Shown piece by piece: positions 38,311 through 48,050 of a DNA stretch of 64,000 nt. The notes under the pieces are model-generated. The model did not search any database and was not told where the DNA came from. It was given only the letters and a program-made list of their open reading frames with translations. Location: positions 340-64,339 of the forward strand of contig CACJIM010000004.1 of assembly GCA_902593475.1 (NCBI GenBank), written 5' to 3'. The number at the start of each line of letters is the position of its first letter. Positions within the stretch are counted from its first letter, which is position 1. The position numbers and the translations under genes were made by a program. Source of the DNA: an uncultured Candidatus Actinomarina sp. (GTDB lineage: Bacteria; Actinomycetota; Acidimicrobiia; Actinomarinales; Actinomarinaceae).

Positions 38311-38703
38311 ATGAAGCTATTTATACGAGTCAATGTAATTGGTATTTCAGTATTTGGATTTACTGTTGCAGTTGCATTGCTCGTATTTAATAATCAGTTT
38401 TTTGACTTTCTTGGCATCACTGTCTTCGAAAACTATATATTAAATCAAATTAAAGCAGATCTTGGTGGTCTTTGGCTAATAGTTGGTGTTGCACCACTTC
38501 TCTGGCTTAGAACAAAAGATAATTTCTGGATAAGAATTCTTTTTGTCACTTTAGGGTTTGTAATGTTTGCTAGAGTTATTAGCTTTCTGCAAGAAGGGTT
38601 TCATCCAATTTCTATTGTGTTACTGATTGGTGAAATGTGGCTATTTTTATTTTCTAGATATATCTTGAAAAAATACCCAGAGGGATTATTTTTTAAACTT
38701 TAG
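38311..38703 (+). CDS. Hypothetical four-TM membrane protein
   Basis: 130 aa with four hydrophobic helices. Confidence 0.55.
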   Translation: MKLFIRVNVIGISVFGFTVAVALLVFNNQFFDFLGITVFENYILNQIKADLGGLWLIVGVAPLLWLRTKDNFWIRILFVTLGFVMFARVISFLQEGFHPISIVLLIGEMWLFLFSRYILKKYPEGLFFKL

Positions 38704-39107
38704 CTCAAACTTAATAAGTAAAGTGTTCGGCTGTTTACCTCTGATATTTCTTCAAGAATATTTTCTATATCGTCAAACGAATTTGATTCATTTAGTTCTG
38801 CGACAAATCCAGATAACTGTGTTACTTGATTTTTAAAGTCATTGATCATATTTTTAGTCTCTTCTTTAGAAAAATAATTTTGTAAAGAATACGGACCCTC
38901 GCTGAACTTAAGCCTAGTATTTTGATTTCCTTGCCAAGACTCTACGAATTTGTCATTTAAATCTGTAAGACTTTCATAATACTCACCTAATGCTTGATGT
39001 TCAGCATAAGACTGTGTCTGCCAATGGAATACTTGAATGTTGTTCAAGAAACTCATTGTATAAGATACGAATTCATCAATTTTTGTATTTAATATTTTTA
39101 CATTCAT
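38700..39107 (-). CDS. Hypothetical protein, possibly a Dps/ferritin-like helical bundle
   Basis: 135 aa. VFHWQTQSYAEHQALGEYYESLTDLNDKFVESW resembles the first helices of Dps. This is a weak assignment. Confidence 0.4.
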   Translation of the reverse strand: MNVKILNTKIDEFVSYTMSFLNNIQVFHWQTQSYAEHQALGEYYESLTDLNDKFVESWQGNQNTRLKFSEGPYSLQNYFSKEETKNMINDFKNQVTQLSGFVAELNESNSFDDIENILEEISEVNSRTLYLLSLS

Positions 39108-39169
39108 GAGATTATTAAAACAAAAATGTGGTTTTATGAGAAATTTTTATCTTATAAATTTAGAACCAC

Positions 39170-40438
39170 TTAAAGGTCGTTAATAAACGTATCTTGAAAA
39201 CTCTGTCTATTAACTAACTCAACTACACCCCTACTAGTTACTGCAACTACTCCGGATTTAGGTACTCGGTTATAGTTACTTGCCATAGCAAAGGTGTAGG
39301 CACCAGTAGAAGTAGACATTAAAATATCTCCAGACACAGTGTCACTTGGTAACATGGCATCTTTCACTAATAAATCTCCACTTTCACAGTGTCTACCAGA
39401 GACTGCATGCACCACATCTTCTCCAGCTTTTCCACCAGAGATATTAAAGAGCTTATGTTCACTTCCATACAATGCTGGCCTTGGATTATCAGACATACCA
39501 CCATCCACCAAAATATATGGTTTCTCGCCTCGGTCATCTTTTATAGCTCCAGCAGTATATAAAATGACTCCTGGATTATTGACTAAGGCTCTTCCTGGTT
39601 CAATCATGACTTTATAGGATCCACTCCAGTGTTCTTTAATGCCTTCATGAATAGCATCAGCATACACTTTTAATTCATGGTCTACTTCATCACCAGCATA
39701 AGGTGAAAAGAATCCACCACCGGCATCAAAGACTATCTCTCTTTCTACACTTGCAGGATGAGCATTAAGAAAATCTGCACACTCACTCATTGCTTTTCTG
39801 TAGCGATCCGGGTCTTTAATCTGGCTTCCAATATGTACATGGACTCCAGAAAAGAGTAAATGTTTTGAGTTATAGATCTGTTGTAATGCCTCTTCAGCAA
39901 ACCCAATAGAGATTCCAAACTGTTGGTCATATCCAGAAGTCAACACCATTGGATGGGTCTCTGCTCCAACATCTAAATTTATACGCATAATCACTGGTTG
40001 TTTTCTGTCTAATTTTGCTGCAACCTCTTCTAACATTGGAATCTCAAAACGATTATCGACAGAGATGTGGCCTCCGTTATGTTGCATAAAGAACTCAATC
40101 TCATCTTTATGCTTAAAGGTTCCATTAAATAAAGAGTTTTCTAGGGTTCCAGTAACAGCTTGCACTGTTGCCATCTCCCCACCAGAGACAACATCTACTC
40201 CCCAGCCTTTCTTATCTAATTCTTTGACTAATGCTTTACAGATAAACGCTTTTGCTGCATATCTAAAGTACGTATCCTCACCAAACGCATTTGTAAAATG
40301 ATCAATATTATCTCTGAGATGTTCCCAGTCATAAACATACAGGGGAGTGCCGTACTCATTGGCAACATCAAGTAGTGACGTCTCTCCAATAAAAGCGACT
40401 CCATCCCTAAATTCGAGGTTGGATGGTAAGTAATTCAT
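39170..40438 (-). CDS. lysA: Diaminopimelate decarboxylase
   Basis: 422 aa, PLP-dependent, Orn/DAP/Arg decarboxylase group IV fold. Motifs YAAKA, HVHIGSQ, GGGF and CESGD are present. Confidence 0.9.
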   Translation of the reverse strand: MNYLPSNLEFRDGVAFIGETSLLDVANEYGTPLYVYDWEHLRDNIDHFTNAFGEDTYFRYAAKAFICKALVKELDKKGWGVDVVSGGEMATVQAVTGTLENSLFNGTFKHKDEIEFFMQHNGGHISVDNRFEIPMLEEVAAKLDRKQPVIMRINLDVGAETHPMVLTSGYDQQFGISIGFAEEALQQIYNSKHLLFSGVHVHIGSQIKDPDRYRKAMSECADFLNAHPASVEREIVFDAGGGFFSPYAGDEVDHELKVYADAIHEGIKEHWSGSYKVMIEPGRALVNNPGVILYTAGAIKDDRGEKPYILVDGGMSDNPRPALYGSEHKLFNISGGKAGEDVVHAVSGRHCESGDLLVKDAMLPSDTVSGDILMSTSTGAYTFAMASNYNRVPKSGVVAVTSRGVVELVNRQSFQDTFINDL

Positions 40439-41202
40439 TTCTTTAAACGACGCTTAATCCAGGCAATATCTTTCTTCTGCGCTTCAAGTCCTCCTGGTGT
40501 TTCTACAACAATATCAGATTTACAATTATTAATAACATATTCAAGTTCTGCTTTTGGAATATTTCCTTTTCCTAGGTTTTCATGACGATCTCTTGAGCTT
40601 TCAAATCCATCTTTAGAGTCATTAAAATGAACAAGGTCTATATTTTTTACCAATTTCTTAAAACCTTTTACTGCCTTTTCTGTTGGAATACCACCAGCCC
40701 ATGTGTGGCAAGTGTCTAAACATAATCCAACATTTAAGTGTCCAATAACTTCCCATAGTCTTTCAATGGAGTCCATATACCTTGCAACAGAGTTTTTTCC
40801 ACCAGCTGTATTTTCTACTAAAACTCTCATACCTGTATCTTCAACATGTTCTATAGCTTTTCTCCAGTTGTCATAACCTACTCCTATATCTCCGCCTTCA
40901 CCAACAGACCCTCCGTGTACAATGACTCCTTTAGCTCCGAAACTAGCTGCTACTTTACAAGTGTCTTTAAGCAGTTTCCTGCTTGGATGACGTACTTTAT
41001 TATTGGGTGTTGCAACGTTTATTAAATAAGGTGCATGAACATATATAGGACCACCATAATCTTGTAATTCTTCCAGATCTTCTCGTGGTTTTGGGCTCTT
41101 CCACATCTGCGGACTTGAGACAAAAATCTGAAAAGTATCGCCTTTTCTCATTTTTATCTCTTCAACCGCATTTTTTGAAGGTATGTGTGCGCCAATATTC
41201 AT
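40435..41202 (-). CDS. nfo: Endonuclease IV (AP endonuclease family 2)
   Basis: 255 aa with HAPYLIN, VHGG, ENTAGG, CLDTCH and HFNDS...RDRHENLG motifs. Confidence 0.9.
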   Translation of the reverse strand: MNIGAHIPSKNAVEEIKMRKGDTFQIFVSSPQMWKSPKPREDLEELQDYGGPIYVHAPYLINVATPNNKVRHPSRKLLKDTCKVAASFGAKGVIVHGGSVGEGGDIGVGYDNWRKAIEHVEDTGMRVLVENTAGGKNSVARYMDSIERLWEVIGHLNVGLCLDTCHTWAGGIPTEKAVKGFKKLVKNIDLVHFNDSKDGFESSRDRHENLGKGNIPKAELEYVINNCKSDIVVETPGGLEAQKKDIAWIKRRLKK

Positions 41203-41246
41203 GGGTTAAGTATAAATGAAAAAGAGATTATTTAGATTTATAAATT

Positions 41247-42530
41247 TTAGGGAAGAATTAATTCTGCAGTAAATAATTGATATATCCTATCTCCCATAGC
41301 ATTTGGGGCTCCACCCATGACTATTAAGTAAGATTTTTCATCTATTGGAATTCCTGTTGGGTCTAAGTAACTATAGTCTTTTGGAGTAATCCTCTCTTCG
41401 ATAAACTCCCAAGTTAAACCATCTTTGGAAGTTGCATAAAATAAACTCTGTGGAGTTGAAGGTAAATAATGTGGGGTATAAGACATTAATGCTTTCCAAT
41501 CGCCATCTTCAGCTTTCAGTACTTCAAAATCTACGTAACCGTTATCAACTCTATAACCAGGGTCGATTGTAAACTCTGTTCCTTTTTCAGTTTTTGAAGT
41601 TGCACTTACTATTTTTTCTGGGGAAGTTCTATCTTCTGTGTATACCCAGTAAACCCTAACGAGGCCATTTGGCATAACTACTGCATCAGGTACTCCCCAG
41701 GCAATTTCATCTTTTTGAGCGGTAATTCCTAATGGTGTCTTATTTGAATAAGATAGTCCATCCTCAGAAAAAGTAGCTGTAAAAATACCACTCTCTCTTG
41801 TGTTTGGGTTCAACTCAACAAAGTATCCCCTTCTCTCGCCAGCTTTAGTTTGAACTATCGTAAGGTCTGTGATGAATTGGATACTTCCCTGGGTTTCACA
41901 ATTTAAATCATTACTGCAAAGCAATACGGCAACTCCTCCTAAATCGTTATAAAATAATCTCACTGTTGAATCATTTACTCTCTCAAGGTGAGGACTTGTA
42001 CCAAAAAATTCTAAAGATGTTAAATTTTCAATTTTAGCAAGTGGTCCGATATTGCTTGTTGAATCAGAGCTGTTGTTTTTGTTAGATCTAGGTGCTTCTT
42101 TTATGCCAATCCCAGGTGGGGAGGGTATATTACAGTTAGTAAAATAATCCATTTGTTGTTGAAGAATTGCACCCTCTTGTATTAAGTTTTTTTCCATATC
42201 TTTTAGTGACTCTGTAGAAGAAATTTCAGCAATACATTCTTGTTCTTTTGTAGATAAGAAGGAAAGAGCACCTTCTGGAAACTCTTTAAGGACTTCATCA
42301 ATATTGGCCTTGTTTTTACTAGATTGTTCATCCTTCTCTTTTTCAGATTCTTTATTTGAATTAGTTAATGGCTCGTCTTGGGTTTTATTTTCTCCTTGAG
42401 GTGAAGGTTTGTTAATAGGTGTATTTTCTTGTATTAAATCACCAGAGGCCTGATTTTCAACATTTTCATTACCAGTACAAGATTGAAGCAGCAAAAATAG
42501 AATAATGCCTATTTTTATTGACTTATTCAT
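41247..42530 (-). CDS. Secreted lipoprotein of unknown function
   Basis: 427 aa with signal peptide and lipobox LLLQSC. A low-complexity acidic linker is followed by a beta-rich C-terminal domain. No family recognised. Confidence 0.6.
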   Translation of the reverse strand: MNKSIKIGIILFLLLQSCTGNENVENQASGDLIQENTPINKPSPQGENKTQDEPLTNSNKESEKEKDEQSSKNKANIDEVLKEFPEGALSFLSTKEQECIAEISSTESLKDMEKNLIQEGAILQQQMDYFTNCNIPSPPGIGIKEAPRSNKNNSSDSTSNIGPLAKIENLTSLEFFGTSPHLERVNDSTVRLFYNDLGGVAVLLCSNDLNCETQGSIQFITDLTIVQTKAGERRGYFVELNPNTRESGIFTATFSEDGLSYSNKTPLGITAQKDEIAWGVPDAVVMPNGLVRVYWVYTEDRTSPEKIVSATSKTEKGTEFTIDPGYRVDNGYVDFEVLKAEDGDWKALMSYTPHYLPSTPQSLFYATSKDGLTWEFIEERITPKDYSYLDPTGIPIDEKSYLIVMGGAPNAMGDRIYQLFTAELILP

Positions 42531-42694
42531 ACTCGTAAGTATATGAATTATTTCTTATTTTTAAAAGAAAATGGAAAAATTATTACAATTAAAGGTAAGA
42601 CTTCCTTTCGTGCTTTAAGCCACTTTTGAAGACGATAAAACAAAAATTTACAGCCACAGGGAGTCTTTTTGCTATTTTTAATAAAAAAGGGTCA

Positions 42695-42782
42695 TAAAAA
42701 GTGAAAATCCCGATTGATCTTGCGACCTTCCGGGATTTTCTTACTATCTTCTATTCGGTCTTGCGACTTCATTTCTTATAGT
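42695..42782 (-). ncRNA. Candidate small RNA, copy A (own promoter and intrinsic terminator)
   Basis: On the reverse strand, TTGTCA (42812-42817), a 17-nt spacer and TATTTT (42789-42794) form a promoter. An 85-90 nt unit follows, with two UCGCAAGA motifs. It ends in hairpin AAAATCCCG...CGGGATTTT (42704-42739) followed by CACTTTTT. Confidence 0.45.
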
Positions 42783-42907
42783 TATTTAAAAATAGTATGT
42801 TTTTGATACTTTGACAAGATTTTTTGTTTAGTTTTTTTCGCGAACTTTTATACATAAATTTTATAAATTGGAAGCTTTGGAAGTATAAAGATTATAAAAA
42901 CTTTCGT

Positions 42908-42997
42908 AAAAAGCAAAAATCCCGATTGATCTTGCGACCCTTCGGGATTTTCTATTCTATCTTCTTTTCTATCTTGCGATTTCTTTTCCGATAGTGT
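42908..42997 (-). ncRNA. Candidate small RNA, copy B (paralogue of copy A)
   Basis: On the reverse strand, TTGCAT (43027-43032), a 17-nt spacer and TATATT (43004-43009) form a promoter. The unit has two UCGCAAGA motifs and a hairpin at 42916-42951 followed by TGCTTTTT. The architecture is collinear with copy A, about 215 nt away. Confidence 0.45.
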
Positions 42998-43070
42998 TCT
43001 ATAAATATACGTTAGTTTCTGTTCTTATGCAAGAAAGTTACTAATGTATTTTTCGCGAGGTTTTTATGAG

Positions 43071-43601
43071 TTATTCCTCTTCATAAAAATTAAAGGAATT
43101 GAAAGCCTGTTGAATCTCTTTAATAGAGACGTCATCTACTTGGACATTATATATTTCTTCACCAAATGAAAACTGTAAGAAATTATCCTCAACAAGTTCC
43201 AAATTAGTAATGTCAAAAGTGTTTTTTATTACAGAAAGCGTTCTCTCTTTAGTTCGAAGAATAACTTTTGTATCAATTATCTCAATAACCGGTTGGAATG
43301 CACTTTGTAATGTTACAAGAAGTTGTAGAAGACCAAAAAACAAAAGCAAGTAATATAGATACTCTTCCCTTGCGTTAGATCCAAAATCTCCAAGTCTAAA
43401 ATATTTAATCATTAATTGTCTAAAGGGACCAGTAATAATATTGTCTATTCCAACATACGTAAGCACACTTCCTCTTAAGAATGGAAGAAACAAACTACTT
43501 CTATCACGATAAAATTTCATATATTTTTCTCTTAAGCTATCAGAATAACCTAATTTAGCTATTGTTTTTGTATGGAAATTGTATTGATTAGACATGGCCA
43601 A
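43071..43601 (-). CDS. Hypothetical membrane-associated protein
   Basis: 176 aa with two central hydrophobic helices. The start may be the internal ATG at 43520, because 43601 overlaps the divergent phosphatase start. Confidence 0.5.
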   Translation of the reverse strand: MAMSNQYNFHTKTIAKLGYSDSLREKYMKFYRDRSSLFLPFLRGSVLTYVGIDNIITGPFRQLMIKYFRLGDFGSNAREEYLYYLLLFFGLLQLLVTLQSAFQPVIEIIDTKVILRTKERTLSVIKNTFDITNLELVEDNFLQFSFGEEIYNVQVDDVSIKEIQQAFNSFNFYEEE

Positions 43602-44267
43602 CCTGAATGGATGCCAGGAGATGTATATACAAAAAACCCAGGTTTAACCTCACTTGGAAAACTACAATCTGAAAAGTCATCTTCAGAGTTTGAGGAAAAT
43701 AGTGTTGATGAAATATGGGTTTCCCCACTAAAGCGTGCGCAAGAAACCTTTACTCCCTTCAAGGAAAAAAGTATTGGAAAATCTATCCATGTTTATGACT
43801 GGCTACAGGAAATGCAAGACGACGAGGAAGAAGCCTTATACGGAAAAGGTACAGAAGAAGTAATGGCTTTTTTTGCTAAAAGAAACTCTCAATCATTTGA
43901 AGAGTGGAGTGAAGCTAGTCATGGCAAATATATGGAAGTATTTAGTAAAAACATTGTTTCGAATTTAGAGATAGAACTTGGCAACAGGGGAATTGTTGCT
44001 TTAGATGCAGAATACGATAGAAGGTTTGATTTAAGTGAATCAAGTATTGAAAAGCTTATGATAATTTCTCATGCAGGAACAATGTCAGTCTTGTTATCAT
44101 ATTTTTTAAATATGCCTCTTTATGCTTGGACTTGGAGAAAGTTTCTTCCAAGACACACTGGCCATACGACGTTAAAATCTACTCAGATTTCAGGTGGTCA
44201 CTTTTTTAGACTTAAAGAGTTTAATAATGTCTCTTTTACCGATAGTGACGAAGAACAAACATACTAA
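43572..44267 (+). CDS. Histidine phosphatase (phosphoglycerate mutase-like) family
   Basis: 231 aa with the N-terminal RHG motif (MEIVLIRHGQPEW) and a distal SHAGT. Confidence 0.8.
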   Translation: MEIVLIRHGQPEWMPGDVYTKNPGLTSLGKLQSEKSSSEFEENSVDEIWVSPLKRAQETFTPFKEKSIGKSIHVYDWLQEMQDDEEEALYGKGTEEVMAFFAKRNSQSFEEWSEASHGKYMEVFSKNIVSNLEIELGNRGIVALDAEYDRRFDLSESSIEKLMIISHAGTMSVLLSYFLNMPLYAWTWRKFLPRHTGHTTLKSTQISGGHFFRLKEFNNVSFTDSDEEQTY

Positions 44268-44291
44268 GATAATTTTAACTACAAAAAAATT

Positions 44292-44960
44292 ATGCCTTAT
44301 ACAAGAGTTTTACCTGAGGTAACGATAAGCGAGCTTACGCCAAGAAAAAGAAGGTTCTTTTTAAAATATCTCGCAAGATTTTTACTTTTGTTTGAGAGCG
44401 TAAAAGCAAAAGGGTCCTTCCTAGATAATAAAAGAGTTATTGTAACTGCTGCACCACATCAGTCCGGCAAAGATGAATATTTGATGATTCTGATGATCTT
44501 AGCTCTAGATATAGATGTCTGTTATCTCTCTGCAAAGTGGACAATGAGAAGAGTTCCCATTCCATTTATAAAACCAGAAGATATTGATAATCAAGGAATT
44601 CCCTGGCCTCTAGGTTGGCTGCAAGAAATAGTATTTAGAAAATTTGGTGCTATCCCTGTAGATAGAAAAGGGAACAGTGGGCAGTATGACTCTGTAGTTC
44701 ATGAGCTTATTAACAGAGATAGCTTTTTATTAATTATTACACCTGAAGGTAGGTTTGATGCAACGAGGTTTAGAAGTAGTTTTTTATATTTAGCCAAAGA
44801 ACTAGAAGCTGAAGTGATGCCAGTACAAATCGATTATGAACATGACACTCTGCAGTTTTTAGATAGTTTAAATCTTGATGGTTCTGAGGAGGAGGTAATA
44901 CAAAGGCTTCGTTCCTGTTTTGATGGAATTAAGGGAAGAAAAAGCAGGTTTAAGGCTTAA
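44292..44960 (+). CDS. Lysophospholipid (PlsC-type) acyltransferase, paralogue of 15682-16332
   Basis: 222 aa with HxxxxD (PHQSGKD) and TPEGR. It shares the QGIPWPLGWLQ and GAIPVDR blocks with the other copy. Confidence 0.7.
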   Translation: MPYTRVLPEVTISELTPRKRRFFLKYLARFLLLFESVKAKGSFLDNKRVIVTAAPHQSGKDEYLMILMILALDIDVCYLSAKWTMRRVPIPFIKPEDIDNQGIPWPLGWLQEIVFRKFGAIPVDRKGNSGQYDSVVHELINRDSFLLIITPEGRFDATRFRSSFLYLAKELEAEVMPVQIDYEHDTLQFLDSLNLDGSEEEVIQRLRSCFDGIKGRKSRFKA

Positions 44961-45811
44961 TGGAAGTAAAAATCTATCAACTCATAAAAGAAAGGAACCC
45001 GTGGTTGTTAAAAGACAGCTTCCTATCAAAAATATTTTATAATTTGTTGAAAAAATATCTTAGATATGATGAAACTATTTTTGTTGGAGATCATATCCAA
45101 AGTATGACTGGCGAAGAGGCTTTTAATTGGTTGGGCAGTGAATATACAAGCAACTCTTCTATTGAGGGTCTTGAAAATATACCAAAAGATGGAAAGTTTT
45201 TGATTGTATCGAATCATCCTATGGGAGCCGCAGATGCTATTGCTTTATATCATAAAATTTATCCAGTCCGTAATGATCTTTTCTTTTTTGCAAATGAACT
45301 TTTTGTATATCTTTTGGGTGCTTTCCATGATCTACTAGCACCTGTTGTTTGGAATAAAGAAAAAGAAACTCATTCAGCAAGCAAAGTAACACTTGAACGG
45401 CTTAGTGTTTTTTTTGGTGATGGTAGGCCTGGTATTATTTTCCCCTCTGGTCGTCTCTCTAGACTTACTTTTTTTGGTTTATGGGATAGGCCTTGGGAGA
45501 AAACTCCAATCGCACTCGCAAAAAAATATAATTTCCCGTTAATTCCTGTCTATGTAGAGGGAAGAAATTCTTGGTTCTTTTATTTTGCCTCATACGTAAA
45601 CAAACAACTCAGAGATGTTTCGCAATTAAACGAGCTATTTAATAAAAGAGATAAAAATATATCTATAAAGATTGGTAAACCAGTAAATATTAGTTCGTTA
45701 AGTGATAATAGCGATATTGCAATAAATCAGTTGCGATACAAATCAGAGAGTTTAAGAAAAAAGGCTTTATTGAAGTTAAATAGGTTTATTTACCTAAGAA
45801 ATTTGAGATAA
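44960..45811 (+). CDS. Acyltransferase of the glycerolipid acyltransferase superfamily
   Basis: 283 aa with SNHPMGAADA and FPSGRLSR motifs. Its ATG overlaps the preceding stop (TAATG). Confidence 0.6.
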   Translation: MEVKIYQLIKERNPWLLKDSFLSKIFYNLLKKYLRYDETIFVGDHIQSMTGEEAFNWLGSEYTSNSSIEGLENIPKDGKFLIVSNHPMGAADAIALYHKIYPVRNDLFFFANELFVYLLGAFHDLLAPVVWNKEKETHSASKVTLERLSVFFGDGRPGIIFPSGRLSRLTFFGLWDRPWEKTPIALAKKYNFPLIPVYVEGRNSWFFYFASYVNKQLRDVSQLNELFNKRDKNISIKIGKPVNISSLSDNSDIAINQLRYKSESLRKKALLKLNRFIYLRNLR

Positions 45812-45813
45812 GC

Positions 45814-46791
45814 TCACTCTACAACTTCACCGGTGCTTGGGCTAACACCTAAGTTTCCAACCATATATCCAAATAAAAGTGGTGTAGTAACTAAACCGCC
45901 AAGTCCATAAAATCTCCAAGTTAGCTCATAATCGCTCTGTGCTTGGTTTATAAGCAGGTATAAAACAAAAAATAATCCATATAGTGAAGCAATTGCAGCT
46001 GCACTTACTTGTATTTTTCTATCATGATCAGTGGTGTAATACCAGTTTGTTACTCTAAATACCCAGAAACTAAAAAGACTTCCTATACCAATAATCAACA
46101 TCATTAATCTTATGTTTCCCAAAGAAGCGTGTACCGATACATATAAGAACGAAAGGAAATAAAGTAAGAACATTTGCTTTGGTGACATTTTAAATCGTAT
46201 CGCATAAACATATACAACGCTTGCAAGCATAGACTGAAAAAATAAAGTTCCTGCCGCAAAAGCATCATCGTAGCCAAAAAACACTCCGTACTGTAAATAT
46301 GGATGAAGGAACTGCGTGATAAACATGACTAAAGCATAGATTGTTGATACCGCTACAACTGAAGCTGTATCTAATTCGTCTTTGCTAGGTCTTGTTGTAA
46401 AGACATAATCTAACATTAAAAATGCACCAAGAAATAACATTAGGTGTGATGGAGAAACTAGTGGCTCTACACCTGTTTCGATACCAAGTAAAGTATGCCA
46501 CACAGCATCTGATGCTCCACCAACTCCAAAAATAACTGCACCTAAAACTCCGACATCAAACTTGTAGTCTTTCATTTTATTTTTTACATACATTGCAACT
46601 AAAACTGAAAAAGCATAACCCGAATATAAAACACCGTGCCAAGGTGTGAAAAAAGTTTCTATATCATCGATTAAATATGTATGAGCGCTCGAATCTATCC
46701 ATGCGCCAATAAAAAACCAAAGCATTGCGACGATAAACAGTTTTCTATCTTTTTCATCTGTAATTACAACGGGCGATAATTTATTGAACAT
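45814..46791 (-). CDS. Polytopic membrane protein of unknown function
   Basis: 325 aa with about 9-10 TM helices. No family recognised. Confidence 0.6.
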   Translation of the reverse strand: MFNKLSPVVITDEKDRKLFIVAMLWFFIGAWIDSSAHTYLIDDIETFFTPWHGVLYSGYAFSVLVAMYVKNKMKDYKFDVGVLGAVIFGVGGASDAVWHTLLGIETGVEPLVSPSHLMLFLGAFLMLDYVFTTRPSKDELDTASVVAVSTIYALVMFITQFLHPYLQYGVFFGYDDAFAAGTLFFQSMLASVVYVYAIRFKMSPKQMFLLYFLSFLYVSVHASLGNIRLMMLIIGIGSLFSFWVFRVTNWYYTTDHDRKIQVSAAAIASLYGLFFVLYLLINQAQSDYELTWRFYGLGGLVTTPLLFGYMVGNLGVSPSTGEVVE

Positions 46792-46859
46792 ATAAATAGT
46801 ATAAACCCAAAGGTTTCTTGGTATTTACAAAATGAAGTCACACAAGATAAAATAATTCT

Positions 46860-48026
46860 GTGGAAAACAAAGAGTTCAACCGTACACTTACTTTAAAAAG
46901 TTCTATTTATTTGGGCTTAAGCTCAATGATCGGAGCTGGACTTTTTAATAATATTGCCCCTACAGCAAAAATAAGTTCTTACAGTACAGTCCTTGGATTA
47001 CTTTTAGCTTCAACATTAGCAATAGCAAACGCTTCTTCCTCTGCTCAACTCTCATCACTGTTTCCTAAGACTGGTGGTACATATCTGTATGCAAATGAAG
47101 TACTAGGAAAACCTTATGCAATTATCGCTGGCTCAGTGTTCATTATTGGTAAAACAATTAGCTGTGTTGCAATAGCGTTAACCGTAGGAAACTATCTCTC
47201 TCCTGTGTATGGAAAAGAGATTGGTGTTGTTTTATGTCTTTTAGTATTTTTGTTAAGTTTTACTGGAATTCACAAAACCGCAGAAATTGCTAAATGGTTT
47301 GTTTGGATAATTTTTGGACTACTTTTATTTTATGCTGTCTCTGTCCTCTCAACACCAAATGTTGATTTACGTATTCCAGTCTTTGAGGGGGTTTCAATTG
47401 ATAGTATATTGTTATCTGCAAGTATATGGTTTTTTGCTTTTACCGGATATTCCAGACTTGCGACATTTGGGGAGGAAATAAAAAACCCGAAAGAAATTAT
47501 ACCTACAGCAATTTTTACTGGTCTGGGGGTAACAATCTTATTGTATTTTGGAATTACTTGGTTAACGCTATCAATAATCCGTCCCGAACTAATTATGAAC
47601 TCTAATACACCTCTTCTTGTTGCCATGGACGTAAGTAGGTTTTCAGAATTTTCGTTTTTAATTGTTTTTGCTTCTTCTATTGCGATGGTTTCTGTATTTC
47701 TTGCACTGATGCCTGGGATTAGCAGAATATATGTTGCGCTTTCTAGAGACAGAGTGCTTCCAAAAGTTTTTTCAAAAATTCATAAAAAATTTAACTCTGC
47801 TTATTTCTCAGAAGGCTTTGTACTCATCTCTGTGATAGTAGGTATTTATAGTTTTGATGTTGTTGGATCTATAAAACTAAGTTCCTTTTTTATTTTGATA
47901 TATTATACGATTACGAACTTGTGTGTAATCAAGCTGAAAAAAGATGATCGACTTTATTCTGTCGCAATTGCTCTCTATGGAGTTTCAGCCTGTCTTGTTT
48001 TTGCACTTGCTTTATTAGTTCTTTAA
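46860..48026 (+). CDS. APC-superfamily amino acid/polyamine permease
   Basis: 388 aa, GTG start. The N-terminal SSMIGAGLF motif and about 11 TM helices are present. Confidence 0.8.
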   Translation: MENKEFNRTLTLKSSIYLGLSSMIGAGLFNNIAPTAKISSYSTVLGLLLASTLAIANASSSAQLSSLFPKTGGTYLYANEVLGKPYAIIAGSVFIIGKTISCVAIALTVGNYLSPVYGKEIGVVLCLLVFLLSFTGIHKTAEIAKWFVWIIFGLLLFYAVSVLSTPNVDLRIPVFEGVSIDSILLSASIWFFAFTGYSRLATFGEEIKNPKEIIPTAIFTGLGVTILLYFGITWLTLSIIRPELIMNSNTPLLVAMDVSRFSEFSFLIVFASSIAMVSVFLALMPGISRIYVALSRDRVLPKVFSKIHKKFNSAYFSEGFVLISVIVGIYSFDVVGSIKLSSFFILIYYTITNLCVIKLKKDDRLYSVAIALYGVSACLVFALALLVL

Positions 48027-48034
48027 CAAACAAA

Positions 48035-48050
48035 CCGGGATTGCTCCCGG
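48035..48050. terminator. GC-rich hairpin CCGGGA-TTGC-TCCCGG (possibly bidirectional)
   Basis: It lies 9 nt after the permease stop. The T-rich tract (TTTGTTTGTT) is on the reverse strand, while the forward side is followed by CTTGCTATC. Confidence 0.5.

Noticed and set aside
42695-43065. Possibility that the tandem repeat is a CRISPR array or a mobile element
   Set aside because: There are only two copies with a period of about 215 nt. I saw no short direct-repeat/spacer structure, no cas genes, no terminal inverted repeats and no transposase. It is reported instead as candidate sRNA genes.
43572-43601. 30-nt overlap of the 5' ends of two divergent genes
   Set aside because: This is most simply explained by a mis-called start of the reverse-strand gene, since an internal ATG exists at 43520. 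The phosphatase start (MEIVLIRHG) is canonical.
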